A stretch of DNA of 64,000 bases. Origin: Mobula hypostoma. Its lineage: Eukaryota. The notes beneath the pieces were generated by a model. The model was not told the origin of the DNA and ran no database searches. It worked only from the letters and a program-made list of their open reading frames with translations. Made by a program: the position numbers and the translations under genes. Location of the stretch: contig NC_086109.1 in NCBI RefSeq assembly GCF_963921235.1, forward strand, positions 5,334,001 to 5,398,000, given 5' to 3'. Below are positions 11,851 to 24,547 of the stretch, piece after piece; the stretch's first letter is position 1; each line of letters begins with the position of its first letter.

Positions 11851-13264
11851 TAGTCAGTAAGGTCACAATGGTACTAAGTTGTACAAAACAATTCCAGTAA
11901 AAGATATTTCAACACTGTAGACTTTTGGGCACATGTCAAAGGCACATGCCCTGCTCCTGCGTGAGAAATGAGGCTGTGTCTGGGATTCACGGTCTGGGAG
12001 TTATAATGGGTTGGGTTTCATGTTCTCACACTGGTCCTGAGATTGTTCCAATGGAGTCAAATTGTTCCTTAATAGTCTTTGTGGCACTTTCTTATCAGAA
12101 GCAAGATTCATTTACTGCTTGGTATCTACGGCACTTTCTGATTTTAGATGGATTTATATGAAGTTGTTTTAACAATGTTGAAGCAATATTGAGGTGGCAG
12201 GGTGGAGATACGTCTCAACCAAGGGAGGTGTAAGGCGCTCCTTCCCTCCACTACCCTGCTGGTCACCCTCGGGCAAGGTGTAGCACCTGCTTAGCCCCCC
12301 GATCAGGGTCATGTGAAGCCGTGGGAGCAGGTGGTGGATGGTCGTATGAGCAGCTGGTGCAGATCACAAGTCCTGGTTATGTGACCACTGATGCCAGGCA
12401 GACAATCTCTGAAGAGTATTGATAATGGTTGGGGTCTCCTATCTTGTAAAGACACTGCCCAGAAGAAGACAATGGCAAAGCACTTCTGCAGAAAGATCTG
12501 CCAAGAACAATCATGGCAATGGATGGAAGACCACGATCGCCCACGTCACGCAACACGCCATGTAATGATGATGATGAAGCGATATTACAGATTTCTTCTG
12601 ACAAATAGAGAGCGCTCTGACTGATTGTATCACACAGAGTCTGGTAGGGAGGCTCCAATGCACAGGATTGAAAGAGGCTATGGAAAGTTGTCGACTCAGA
12701 CAGTTCTATCTTGGACACAACCCTCCCCACTGTCAAGGGTATTTTCAAGAGTAGGTACCTCAATAGGGCAGCATCCAGCACTAAGCACCCTGCACATCCA
12801 TAAGACCATAAGACATAGGAGCAGAATTAGGCCATTCAGCCCATTGAGCCTGCTCCATGACTTCATCATGGCTGATCCATTTCCCTCTTAACCCCATTAT
12901 CCTGCTTCCCCCCATAACCTCTCATGCCCTGACTAATGGAGAACCTATCAACGTCTGCCTTAAATACACCAAGTGACCGGGCATCCACAGCCTCCTGTGG
13001 CAAAAAATTCTTTTCCCATCCTGCTGAGGTGTCTCAGCTCCAAACATCGACCATTCATTCATTTTCATGGATGCTGTCTGACCTGCTGAGTTCCTCCAGT
13101 ATTTTGTGTGTGTTGCATTAGGGATTTGTTTATAAATAATTCCATTCAACCCGATCAAAGGCTTTCTCAGCACCTAAGGATATCACACATTCTGATATCT
13201 CTTTAGAAGGAGAATAAATAACATTCAATAAATGACGAATATTAAAGTGGGAGTATCGACTTTT

Positions 13265-13602
13265 TTTTAATATAATTTTTATTAAATTTTCAAAAAGAAT
13301 ATATGAAAAGATAAAATCTACCCATCCCCCCTCCCCTTAACCCTCCCCCCCCCATCTATATAGTCCTACCTAAAAGAAAGAAAGAGAAAAAAAAAGAGCC
13401 GCCTGGGTGTTGGAAGGTTTCCACATGCTCCATGGGATTCAAAATAAATTTGGTATAATTATTCGTTACTTTCCCCAAGTAACCAAATTCTTTGTCAGAG
13501 CACTTAAATATGACATCCTATCTTTTGTAAATAAGGGCGCCAAATATTCAAGAATGTTACATAATTATCTCTTAAATTATAAGTAATTTTTTCAAGTGGA
13601 AT
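13265..13602 (-). mobile_element. Short L1 3' end nested in the inverted L1 segment
   Basis: Poly(T) at left end; TSD GAGTATCGACTTTT at 13251-13264 and 13603-13616; splits FIKSRYS/HFNIRHL. Confidence 0.85.
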
Positions 13603-13917
13603 GAGTATCGACTTTTAATAAATCCAGTCTGATCATCAGAAATAATAGATGGCAAAGTATTTTCAATGCTATGAGCCAAAGGTTTAGATAAAATTTTAGT
13701 ATCAACATTAAGTAGGGAAATTGGTCTATAAGAAGAACATTTAACTTTGGGCCCGATTTTAATCAATGGAGTAAATTACTTTATCTCTCTCCCTCCGCTC
13801 AGGTTCTTACTAACTCTCAGAATTCTCAACGTGGAACCAGACAAGGTTGTCCTTTGAGTCCTTTGCTTTTTGATTTGGTCTTAGAACCTGTAGCCATTGC
13901 TTTCCGGGAATCTAGTG

Positions 13918-15076
13918 ATAGAAACATAGAAACATAGAAAATAGGTGCAGGAGTAGGCCATTCAGCCCTTCGAGCCTGCACCGCCATTTATTATGATCAT
14001 GGCTGATCATCCAACTCAGAACCCCGCCCCAGCCTTCCCTCCATACCCCCTGACCCCCGTAGCCACAAGGGCCATATCTAACTCCCTCTTAAATATAGCC
14101 AGTGAACTGGCCTCAACTGTTTCCTGTGGCAGAGAATTCCACAGATTCACCACTCTCTGTGTGAAGAAGTTTTTCCTAATCTCGGTCCTAAAAGGCTTCC
14201 CCTTTATCCTCAAACTGTGACCCCTCGTTCTGGACTTCCCCAACATCGGCAACAATCTTCCTGCATCTAGCCTGTCCCTTTAGGATTTTATACGTTTCAA
14301 GCAGATCCCCCCTCAATCTTCTAAATTCCAACAAGTACAAGCCCAGTTCATCCAGTCTTTCTTCATATGAAAGTCCTGCCATCCCAGGAATCAATCTGGT
14401 GAACCTTCTTTGTACTCCCTCTATGGCAAAGATGTCTTTCCTCAGATTAGGGGACCAAAACTGCACACAATACTCCAGGTGTGGTCTCACCAAGGCCTTG
14501 TACAACTGCAGTAGTACCTCCCTGCTCCTGTACTCGAATCCTCTCGCTATAAATGCCAGCATACCATTCGCCTTTTTCACCGCCTGCTGTACCTGCATGC
14601 CCACTTTCAATGACTGGTGTATAATGACACCCAGGTCTCGTTGCACCTCCCCTTTTCCTAATCGGCCACCATTCAGATAATAATCTGTTTTCCTATTTTT
14701 GCCACCAAAGTGGATAACTTCACATTTATCCACATTAAATTGCATCTGCCATGAATTTGCCCACTCACCCAACCTATCCAAGTCACTCTGCATCCTCTTA
14801 GCAACCTCCTCACAGCTAACACTGCCACCCAGCTTCGTGTCATCCGCAAACTTGGAGATGCTGCATTTAATTCCCTCATCCAAGTCATTAATATATATTG
14901 TAAACAACTGGGGTCCCAGCACTGAGCCTTGCGGTACCCCACTAGTCACCGCCTGCCATTCTGAAAAGGTCCTGTTTATTCCCACTCTTTGCTTCCTGTC
15001 TGCTAACCAATTCTCCATCCACATCAATACCTCACCCCCAATACCGTGTGCTTTAAATTTGCACACTAATCTCCTG
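13918..15076 (-). mobile_element. Young 5'-truncated CR1 LINE nested in L1
   Basis: 292-aa RT ORF (SGVPQGSVLGP, KFADDTK, RPHLEYCVQFWSP); (tttctatg)n tail; interrupts L1 ESSD/ITGIL. Confidence 0.93.
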
Positions 15077-17302
15077 TCACTGGTATTTTAAGGAGGGGTA
15101 TTACTCACAAAGTGTCACTTTATGCTGATGACCTTTTGCTCTACATTTCTAATGTGGAGTCTTCTTTACCTTCCGTACTTTCTTTACTTTCCTGCTTTAG
15201 TCAGTTTTCAGGATATAAACTTAACTTTCATAAGAGTGAACTTTTTCCTTTGAATAATTTGGTATTAGTTAACACTAACCTTCCTTTTAAAATTGTAAGA
15301 AATCAATTTACTTACTTGGGCGTAACAATAACTAGGAATTATAAATTCCTTTTTAAAGAATTTTTTTTACACTTCTGACTTATGTTAAGAAGGCACTATC
15401 AAATTGGCCGCCCCTCTCTTTATCGTTGATTGGCTGAATTAATTCTATTAAAATGAATATTTTGCCTAAATTTTTATATTTATTTCAGGCTGTACCTGTT
15501 TTTATTCCTAAATCCTTTTTTGATTCTCTGGATTCTATTATATCTTCATATATAAGGAAAACTAAAATATCTTGATTAAATAAAGTTCATCTTCAAAAAG
15601 CTAAAAAGAATGGAGGTTTAGCTTTACCCAATTTTAGGTTTTATTACTGGGCAGTCAATATATGGAATCTTACGTTTTGGTAATATTATATTAATCGAGA
15701 GGACTGTCCGGTCTGGGTTTCTTTAGAAGCTAATTCTGTTAATAAATTTTCTATCATTTCTCTTCTCGGATCCTCAATTCCTTTATCTTTAAGTAATTTA
15801 ACTGATAATTTTGTAGTTAAACACTCCTTGAGGATTTGGGTACAATTTCAAAAATATTTTGGTTTATTGAGTTATTCACTTTCAAATCCCATTTTTTCTA
15901 ACTTTTTTAAAAAACCTTCTATGACTGATGTAGTTTTTAAAGAGTGGAATAGATTGGGTATTAAATGTTTTCAGGATTTGTTTGTTGGAGATAGTCTCTC
16001 TTCATTTGAACAACTGTCAGCTAAGTATACCCTACCCAAAACCCACGTCTTTCGATATTCACAAATTAGAGACTTTTTGCATTCTCAAGTACATACATTT
16101 CTTAAGAGTCCAGATAAGAATTTACTTTTAATTTGAAGCCCTTCCATAATGGATCTATATCTCATATTTATGGTATGTGTTGGGAATGAGAAATATTCCT
16201 TTAGACGAAATTAAAAATCTCTGGGAACAAGATTTACAGATTCCAATTTCTGAAGATACTTGGAATGAAATTTTTAAATTGGTGAACACCTCATTGTTAT
16301 GTGCCCATCATTCCCTTCTACAATTCAAAGTGGTTCATAGGGCCCACATGACTAAAGATAAGCTCTCTCATTTTTATTCGGATATATCTCCCTGTTGTGA
16401 TAGATGTAACAATGAAGAAGCTTCACTAATTCATATGTTTTGGACTTGTCCGAGTCTTGAAAAATATTCGAAGGAAGTGTTCCAAACTTTTTTGGTGCTT
16501 TTTAAAGTAAATTTTAAGCCTAATCCTTTGACTGCCTTATTTGGTATTGTTGGAGGAAATGATACTATTTTGGAGTCACGTGGTTTGCACATTTTGGCCT
16601 TTATGTCTCTTATAGCCAGGAGGGCATTGTTGCTTAAGTGGAAAGATGTCACTCCGCCTACTCATACCCATTGCTTACATGATGTCATGTCTTGTTTAAA
16701 TTTAGAGAAGATTTATTGTTCAATTTCTGAACCTACATAAGACTTTTTAACATTCTGGGGACCTTTTCTGAATTATTTTCAAAATCTTTGATTTGCTATT
16801 AAGCACAGATGTTGGCTAATAATATGTTTTGTTATACGATAAGGATTTTTTCCTTTTCTTTTTTTTTAACCAAACAGCTGTTTTTTTTCTAGTAGTAGGT
16901 TTAGATTTTTTTTTGTATAACAAAATATATCTTTTCAATATTATGTTTAAGTTTAATGTATATGGATATGGGGTTATGAAACTATATTTGTGATTCCAAT
17001 ATATTGTAATCGATATATATTATATATCTTATTGTACTCTGTATTCTTTTATGTAAGAAATCAATAAAAATATTGAAAAAGAAAAGGGATTTTACGTGGT
17101 CTTTATTTCTCTGACCTCAGTGACCTGTATAATTCCTATTCTGTGTTTGTCTGTACCTTTGTGCTTGTAATGATGCTACAAGCAATTTTCTTTCACTATC
17201 TGTATCTCTCTGTAGTTGTGCACAGGACAATAAACTTAACAACTTGACACGAAACCACAGTAATGAAAAATCTTTTTTATATATATGTAGTGTCTTTCTC
17301 AA

Positions 17303-17610
17303 GTGTTGGTGCAGGGCCAAGTGGTTAAGGCATTCATCTAGTGATCTGAAGGTCGCTAGTTCGAGCCTTGGCTGAGGCAGCGTGTTGTGTCCTTGAGCAA
17401 GGCACTTAACCACACATTGCTCTGCGACGACACCGGTGCCAAGCTGTATGGGTCCTAATGCCCTTCCCTTGGACAACATCAGTGGTGTGGAGAGGGGAGA
17501 CTTGCAGCATGGGCAACTGCTGGTCTTCCATACAATCATGCCCAGGCCTGCACCCTGGAAACCTTCTAAGGCGCAAATCCATGGTCTCATGAGACTAATG
17601 AATGCCTATA
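17303..17610 (+). mobile_element. tRNA-derived SINE
   Basis: A/B-box head ggccaagtggttaagg...gttcgagcc; gtccttgagcaaggcacttaac core. Confidence 0.7.
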
Positions 17611-20600
17611 TCTTTCTCAAACAACTTTTGCCCAAGCTAGGACATGCACAGCAAGACCTCACAAAGGAAATTGGAACAACATCAAGATATGCACTAGAGA
17701 GTATAAGGGGGGTAATTTCAAAGGGGATATGAGGGACGAGTTTTTTTTTACACTAAGTGGTGGGTGCCTAGAATGCACTGCCTGGGGTGATGGTAGAGGC
17801 AGAAACATTAGAGACTTTTAAATGATGTTTAGATAGGCACATAGATTTGAGGAAAATGGAGGGATGTAGGCATTGTGTAGCAGAAGAGATTAGTTAGCCA
17901 TTTGATCTCTAATTTATTTGGTTTGGCACAACATTGCAGGCCAAAAGGCCTGCTCCTGTGCTGTACTGTTCTGTGGTCGACGCTCTATAAGCTGTTTCAA
18001 TGATTTAATGCAGGGGCCATCAGGAAGATCCACAGCTTCAAAGTAAACTAAACATCGATGTTGGAAATCAGAATGAAGTATGTTGGAAACGCTGAGCCAG
18101 TCGGGCAGCAACCGTGGAGAGAGACGCGGAGTTAATGCTTCAGAATGTGGAGGCTTCATCAGGCGTTGGTCTGATCGCACTTGGAGTATTGTGAGCAGTT
18201 TTGGGGACACTTATCCAAAAAAGGATGTGCTGACATTGGAGAGGTTCCACAGGAAGCTCACGAGAATTATCCCGGCAATGACAGTGTTAATATACTGTAT
18301 CAGGAATGTTTAATGGCTCTGGGCTTGTATCTGCTAGAGTTTAGAAGAATAAGGGGGTATCTCATTGAATCCAATTGAATATTGAAAGGCCCAGATAGAG
18401 TGGATGCGGAGAGGTTATTTCAAATATTGTGGAAGTCTAGGACCAAAGGGCACAGCCTCAGAATAGAATAACGTCCATTTAGGACAGAGATGAGGAAGAA
18501 TTTCTTTAGCCAGAGTGTGGTGAATCTGTGGAATTTATTGCCAAAGGTGGCTGTGGAAGCCAATTCTTTGGGTATATTCATTCCCCTATACTTTCCAATT
18601 CACCTCTCTGTTGTAAGTTGAAACACGCTCGTGTCCAGACTTGTCCCGGTTCTGGTAGTTTATCAACCTGAAACATTAATACTGTTGACACAAGAGATTG
18701 GAAATAATGTGTAAAACACACACACACACACATACTCAACCGGTCTGGCAGTTTGTTGAGAGGGAAATGAACAGTCAACGTTTGAGGTTGAGACTCTTAG
18801 CGATTTCCTGGCTTTCCAAATGTTTCCAGCTTCGTCTAATTTTATCAGACAATTTAAAGCAAAGTTTAGACTGACAGTGTAACAGTCTAAAGCAATGAAT
18901 GAAGTGTCAATATAGACATTTGCCTCAGAAGAAAATGAATCCCCCCCCCCCCAGACTCAGTAGCGAACATCAAACCATGGCAATTGGTTGTACTTAATGG
19001 TACTCAACTAATCCAAATGAGCACATCTACAGGGAGCACTGCCCCAAGAAATCAGTATCCACCATCAACAACCCCACCATCCAGGCCATGCTCTCTTCTC
19101 ACTGCTGCCAACAGGCAGGAGGTACAGAAGCCTTAGATCCCACACTATCAGATTCAGGAACAGTTATTACCCTTCGATCATCAGGTTCCTGAACCAGCGT
19201 GGGTAACTTGACCCACCTCAACAATGAACTGAATCCACAACTTACAGACTCACTTCCAAGGACTCTGCAATTCGTGTTCTCAGTATTATTTATTTTATTT
19301 ACACATTTTGTCTTTTGCACATTGGTTGCTTGTCTGTCTTTGTCTATGTCTAGTTTTTTCCAAATGCTATTGTATTTCTTTATTTTATGTAAATGCCCGC
19401 AAAGAAATGAATCTCAAGGTAGTACATGGTGAAGTATATTTAGTAATTTTGGAGTATTTGGGAGCTGGTGAAAATAACATTTAAATGTCATTTAAAGTTA
19501 AATTGGATAGCTATATGGACAGGAAAGGAATGGAGGGTTATGGGCTGAGTGCAGGTCGGTGGGACTAGGTGAGAATAAGAGTTCGGCATGGACTAGAAAG
19601 GCCAAGATGGCCTGCTTCCGTGCTGTAATCGTTATATGGTTATATATGGTTATAATCATCTCTAGATAGGCCGCATATTCTTTTTTCATAAGTGAAGTCT
19701 TTGGACATCAACAACTGGAATAAAAGAGAAAACATTGGAAACACACAGCAAGGCAGTCAGCATCTGTGGAGAGAGAAACAGAGTAAATGGTCCCGTTTTA
19801 TGAACTGCCGCCAATACTGTGCACCAATACTCCGCTCCCTCTCCACTGATGCTACCTGACCTGTTGAGTAATTCCACCATCTGGTGTTTTCAGTTCTGTA
19901 CGCCAGCATCTATAGTTCGTTGGCTTCTTGCCGACAATGTCGGCTGATTCATGCTGGTACCATCAGTGCAGAGTGTGGAAGTAATTACCTGTGGCACACT
20001 CGTATTGGCTGAGGTATGCTCCAGAACCTCCAAACAAACAATGAGTAAACAATGATACTTAATTTTTTTAATTTCCACCAACACACACTTTATTAAGAAT
20101 TGCATCAAACATCGTTCATAGCTTCAGGCTGAATAGTTAGCTCATTTCGGATACAATTACTGTGATCAAGAGGCATTTAGATGGACATTTAGACAGGCAG
20201 GACAGAGAACACAGAACAGTACAGCCCAACAGAGCCCTTTGGCCCACAATGTTGTGTTAACCTTTCAACTTATTCTAAGATCTATCTCCTGCATACCCTT
20301 CCAATTTTATATCATCCCTGTACTTATCTAAGAGTTTCTTAAGTGTCCCTAAGATACTGACCTAATGGAGGTAAATAAAATTAGCATAATCATCATTATG
20401 TGCCTTGTCATATAACGTGGGCGAACTTGGCCTTTCCATGACTGTGATTGCTAAACATAGAACATAGGAAAAAAACATAGAAAAAATTGTTCTAGGCAAT
20501 TTTATTTTACAGAAATGGCTCACCATTGCCTTCTTCTGGGCAGTGTCTTTACAAGGTGGGTGACCCCAACCATCATCGATACCCTTCAGAGATTGTCCGC

Positions 20601-20765
20601 CTAGGCATCATAACCAGGACATATGATACGCACCAGCTGCTCATATGAATTAGTATAGATGGGCAAAAAGCTCAACATGGACATGATGGGCCAAAAGGCC
20701 TGTTTCTGTGCTAAATAGCTCTCTGATTCTCTGAGTCCTTCACAGCCTCCAAGGATAGAATGATA

Positions 20766-20917
20766 TTATTTACTATCAAGGCAGTCTCCTAACTTTTCCA
20801 TGAGTGCATTTTCTAAGTCGAAGACCTCCTCCCTCTGTTCTCTGAGCACTTTTCGAAGTTTATTAATTTCCTTTTGTTTGTTAAGAAATTTCCCTTCATT
20901 TCTCAGGATAGGAGAAC
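20766..20917 (-). CDS. Gla gene B putative exon 4: Cys-bracketed coiled coil; ends at TAA (20766) or at a weak donor after 20774
   Basis: Strong acceptor tttctgttttccag; open in phase 1 for 49 codons: CSPILRNEGKFLNKQKEINKLRKVLREQREEVFDLENALMEKLGDCLDSK*. Confidence 0.7.
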
Positions 20918-20989
20918 CTGGAAAACAGAAACACAAGATGTTTGTTACTCAAGCCAAGTAAAATCACCACAAATATGGACAGTCAGGCG

Positions 20990-21910
20990 CTGGCCTCACT
21001 CAGTTTGGAACAAGAGAGTTATTCCATGAAGATGTGAAAGGAAGAGATCGATAGGTTGAAAAGCATGTCTGGATACTGCCCGTACAACTTCAAGGACACA
21101 CCTAAAACTACCGTACCTATAAGGTGCATACAATGGTACAACTGAGTGGTAACCAGAGGCTGAAGGGAGGTCAGGGGGGAATGGTCGAGTGCGGTTGTTG
21201 GACGACCTACTGGTGGGAATGCGATGGAGTTGTTTCGAGACGAAGGGAGAGATGCAGTAACTGATAGAGAGCCTGTCGGCCGGTTTGAGATGGGCACCAA
21301 GGAGGGAGTGACGCGTTGTTTGAAGTGAGCGGCAGAGAAGCAGTATACGACACAGGTTTTTGGCTACAGCTGGCTTCCAACACATCAGGGTGATCACTTA
21401 GAGCCTGATCCCTACATTGTTCAACCCCTTCACTCAAATTATCTTGAATAGGAGTTGCAGCAAATGCCCTAGCCAGTAACTCAGTCTTCCTTATTTCGGT
21501 AACGGTCATTTTGCCCTGATCAATCAATGCTGAACTATTGTCCCTATGAATCCCCCCATTAAAGGACTTGGAGTCCTGGTACTAGCTATAGAGAGCACCA
21601 CCCAGATGTGCACCGTGATCCCGGAAGCCGTTGTGGGCTGCGCATTGGAACGTCATCCGGGTGTTCTGTAGGCTGGAGAGGAGGAGAGTGCACGCCAGTC
21701 ATTGCTGCTGACCTTGGGCTGGCAAAGAATTACAGGGCATCCTCTTGGTACAGTGCTGCTTTAGGGTGAGATAAGTTCTTGCAGCATTCACGACACTGGA
21801 TTCAGTCTGACGCTAGGAAGACGATATTTGGAAAGTACAGTCCAGTTGGTGGTGGTGTTGCACTTCGAAGAAGGAAGAGGGAAGAGGGAGGAGGGGGAAG
21901 GGGAAGAAAC
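20990..21910. mobile_element. Degenerate Nimb/I-clade LINE-like remnants
   Basis: Minus-strand KTELLARAFA..NLSE..VLE resembles a pre-RT segment; plus-strand ccagttggtggtggtgttgcac followed by a gaag-rich tail resembles a Nimb 3' end (from recall). Confidence 0.35.
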
Positions 21911-24023
21911 CGGAGGTTTTATGTTCCTGACATTGGAGGAAAGTATAGAGGGGGTGGGAATGTCCAAAGTTATTTTTTTAAATTCAGAAAGTGGTGGGTG
22001 CATGGAACAAGCTGCCAGGGGATGATGGTAAAGGCAGATGTATAAAGAGACATTTAGATAACACATGGATGATAGAAAAAAGGAGGATGAACATGTATGA
22101 CAATAAACTCAACTTATGAGTGTCATGACCTTGGTTGTTGCTAGAGTTCTCCGAGGAGTCTGAGCTTTCTGCAGTTTTTTTTTGTATTCTCTGCATTCTA
22201 TTAATTAGAAATACTCTATCTGTATTATTGCACTTTGGGTTTTCATGTGTTATTGTTAGGTCTTCTCTGGTTTGCATTTAAGTTACAATTGTCCTTGATT
22301 TTTTTTGTTCCCCTCCACACCGTGTGGTGTATCGGGCGTCAATCTTGCTGTTACTGTAGCGCTTGTCTGTTTCTTTTAAAGGAGGCCGTGTTGCTAGCTC
22401 GACACTCAATCCAGCGCAGTTGGAAAGCATGCAAGGAGTTGGACGGATTCTAACCCAGGACCACACGTCTCGAGTCCGATGTGGATGCCACTACACCACT
22501 AGCCGGCAAATTGTCCTTGGTTGCTTACAAATAACTCTGAAAGACTTTGCAGGTGTCCAATTAAGTATTTTTGAACTTTAGTCTCCTATTAGAATTGTTG
22601 ATTGTAAGGTTGCTATTAGTCTGGGGTTTTACCAACTGCGAACAGATCCTTTCATGCCCTGGAGTTTATTTAAAGGGGCAGTGCTAACCCCTCATTTGCT
22701 CAGTTGTCCTGAGCCTTGCCTAGTGATGTTCTGGCTGAGTTATTCAGCGTTATCCAAGACCTTGTAAGTTGTACTGTTTTGTTTTGTCTCCTTTGTTAAT
22801 AAAATTCCGAGTTTTGTTTAACCCTTCCGGGTCTCTGTATGATCCTGCGCTTGGATCCGAGATGCAGTGTGATGAGTGCCCACCACGCCTCTTGTGTTAC
22901 AGCAGTGTCGATACTCACAGAGTTGTTGTAAAACACTTGGCCCATTGTGAACGTCACAAGAGAATTACAAGTCATAACAACACCCAGTAAAACGTTGTTT
23001 GTCAGAAATGTTTTCTCCTTTCATTGCAGAATTCCAACATCTGCACTCTCTTTATTTTGATCTCTCTGGACATTCTCTCTTCTCTCTCCTCCCATTGGGC
23101 AGAAGATACAAAAGTCTGAAAGCACGTACCACCAGGATCAAGGACAGCTTCTATCCCACTGTTATCAGACCCCTGAATGGTCTCCTAGTATGATAAGATA
23201 CTTGACCTCACAATCTACATTGATCCTCAATCCTGACTTCTCTACCTTTTCCTTAGAAGGTTGGAGAGATTCGGCATGACATCGAAAATGTTGACAACCT
23301 TCTGATGTGCAGTGGAAAATACATTGACTAGCTGTATTTCAGCCTGGTATGGGAACACCAATGACTTTTGAATGGAAAATCCTACAAAACATTGTGGATT
23401 CACCTTCACAGGTAAAGCCATCCTAGCAATTGAGCACATCTATATGAAATGCTGTCATAGGAAAGCAACATTCATCCCCACCACCCAGGATGTGCTGTTT
23501 TCTTGCATCTGCCATCAGGTAGAAGGTACAAGAGCCTCAGGACTTGCACCACCAGGTTTGGGAACAGTCACTACCCATAAACTATCAGGCTCTTGAACAA
23601 AAGAGGATAATTACATATCTATTGAGATGTCCCCACAACTAATGATCTCACTTTAAGAACTCTTTACCTTGTTATTTCATGCTCTCATTATTTATTGCTA
23701 TTTATTTATATCTGCATTTGCACATTTTATTGTCTTCTGTGCTCTACTTGTTCTCTCATTGATCCTGTTTACAGTTACTATTCTATAGATTTGCTGAGTA
23801 TGCCAGCAGGAAAAAGAATTTCAGGGTGGTATGTAGTGACATGTGCGTACTCTGATAATAAATTTTACTTTGAACATTGTTATAATCTTGCACCTTATTG
23901 TCGACCTGCACTGAACTTTCGCTGTAACTGTAACACTTTATTCTGCCTTCTGTTATTGTTTTCCCTCGTACTACCTCTGTGCACTGTGTACAAGATAACA
24001 AGAGGCATAGTTCAAGTACTTAC

Positions 24024-24054
24024 AGCCTATGATGTAATGCTTCCAGAACACGGC
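24024..24054 (-). CDS. Gla gene B exon 3: aromatic stack
   Basis: ttttctttgcag|GCC...GGC T|gtaagt; 31 bp, phase 0->1; AVFWKHYIIG (FWxxY motif). Confidence 0.88.
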
Positions 24055-24449
24055 CTGCAAAGAAAAAAGTTGGGATTTATTACTTGAATGTGACACAAAC
24101 AGAGCCAAACCCGTAAACAACGGCGTTCACTTATTTAAGGGGAACGCAGGAAGAAAGTGCTCCATAGCTCAGTTAGTGAACTGGATTACAACAGAGCCAG
24201 GCTGCAGGGATTGGAGCAGGGCAATTCGTCAGGAGCGGTTGTCCAAATGGGCTGCATAGTTAGGTGGGGCAGAATTTGTTAAATGTATCCAGGAAAGTGT
24301 CTTCAGACAGTGCGTAGATGCCCCTGCCAGAGGGAAGGGGTAACACAGGGTCATCTTTTGGCAAACATGGCTATGCAAGTGGCCGCACTGTTAGCTAGAA
24401 ATCAGAGATGTTAAGGGACTAAGGAGTCCTTGTGCAGGAATCCCTAAAG

Positions 24450-24523
24450 CAGGGGTTCCCAACCTTTTTTATGCCATGGACCAATAACCAAAGGGTCTGT
24501 GGACCCCAGGTAGTGAAGCCCTG
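24450..24523. mobile_element. hAT-type MITE; relatives at about 37937, 51760, 52363, 55371
   Basis: CAGGGG...CCCTG termini; 8-bp TSD CCCTAAAG at 24442-24449 and 24524-24531. Confidence 0.8.
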
Positions 24524-24547
24524 CCCTAAAGGTTTACTTTCTATCTG

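Larger units (their letters stand above)
13128..17084 (+). mobile_element. 5'-inverted L1-clade LINE (inverted part about 13128-13742, direct part about 13740-17084) with two nested insertions
   Basis: Minus: SYRPISLLNVD...AEKAFDRVEWNYL; plus: FNFGPDF..RQGCPLSP..YADDLLL..HMFWTC; A-rich tail; TSD remnant AGGGATTT at 13120-13127 and 17085-17092. Confidence 0.88.

Noticed and set aside
17303..17380. tRNA gene
   Set aside because: tRNA-like head continues into a SINE body; no complete cloverleaf
17914..18035. Possible exon AVDLPDGPCIKSLKQLIE
   Set aside because: Weak acceptor, no donor, runs into a repeat tail
20996..21527. ORFs as C1orf74 or additional gene B exons
   Set aside because: No resemblance to C1orf74 as recalled; better explained as decayed LINE sequence
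22603..22901. Possible solo LTR (TGTAA...TTACA with AATAAA)
   Set aside because: No matching TSD and no second copy in the window
22919..22954. Possible 36-bp phase 1->1 exon of gene B (VHNGPSVLQQL) with a good gtgagt donor
   Set aside because: The in-frame acceptor would be TG, not AG; the nearest AG breaks the frame with exon 4. Worth rechecking in raw reads
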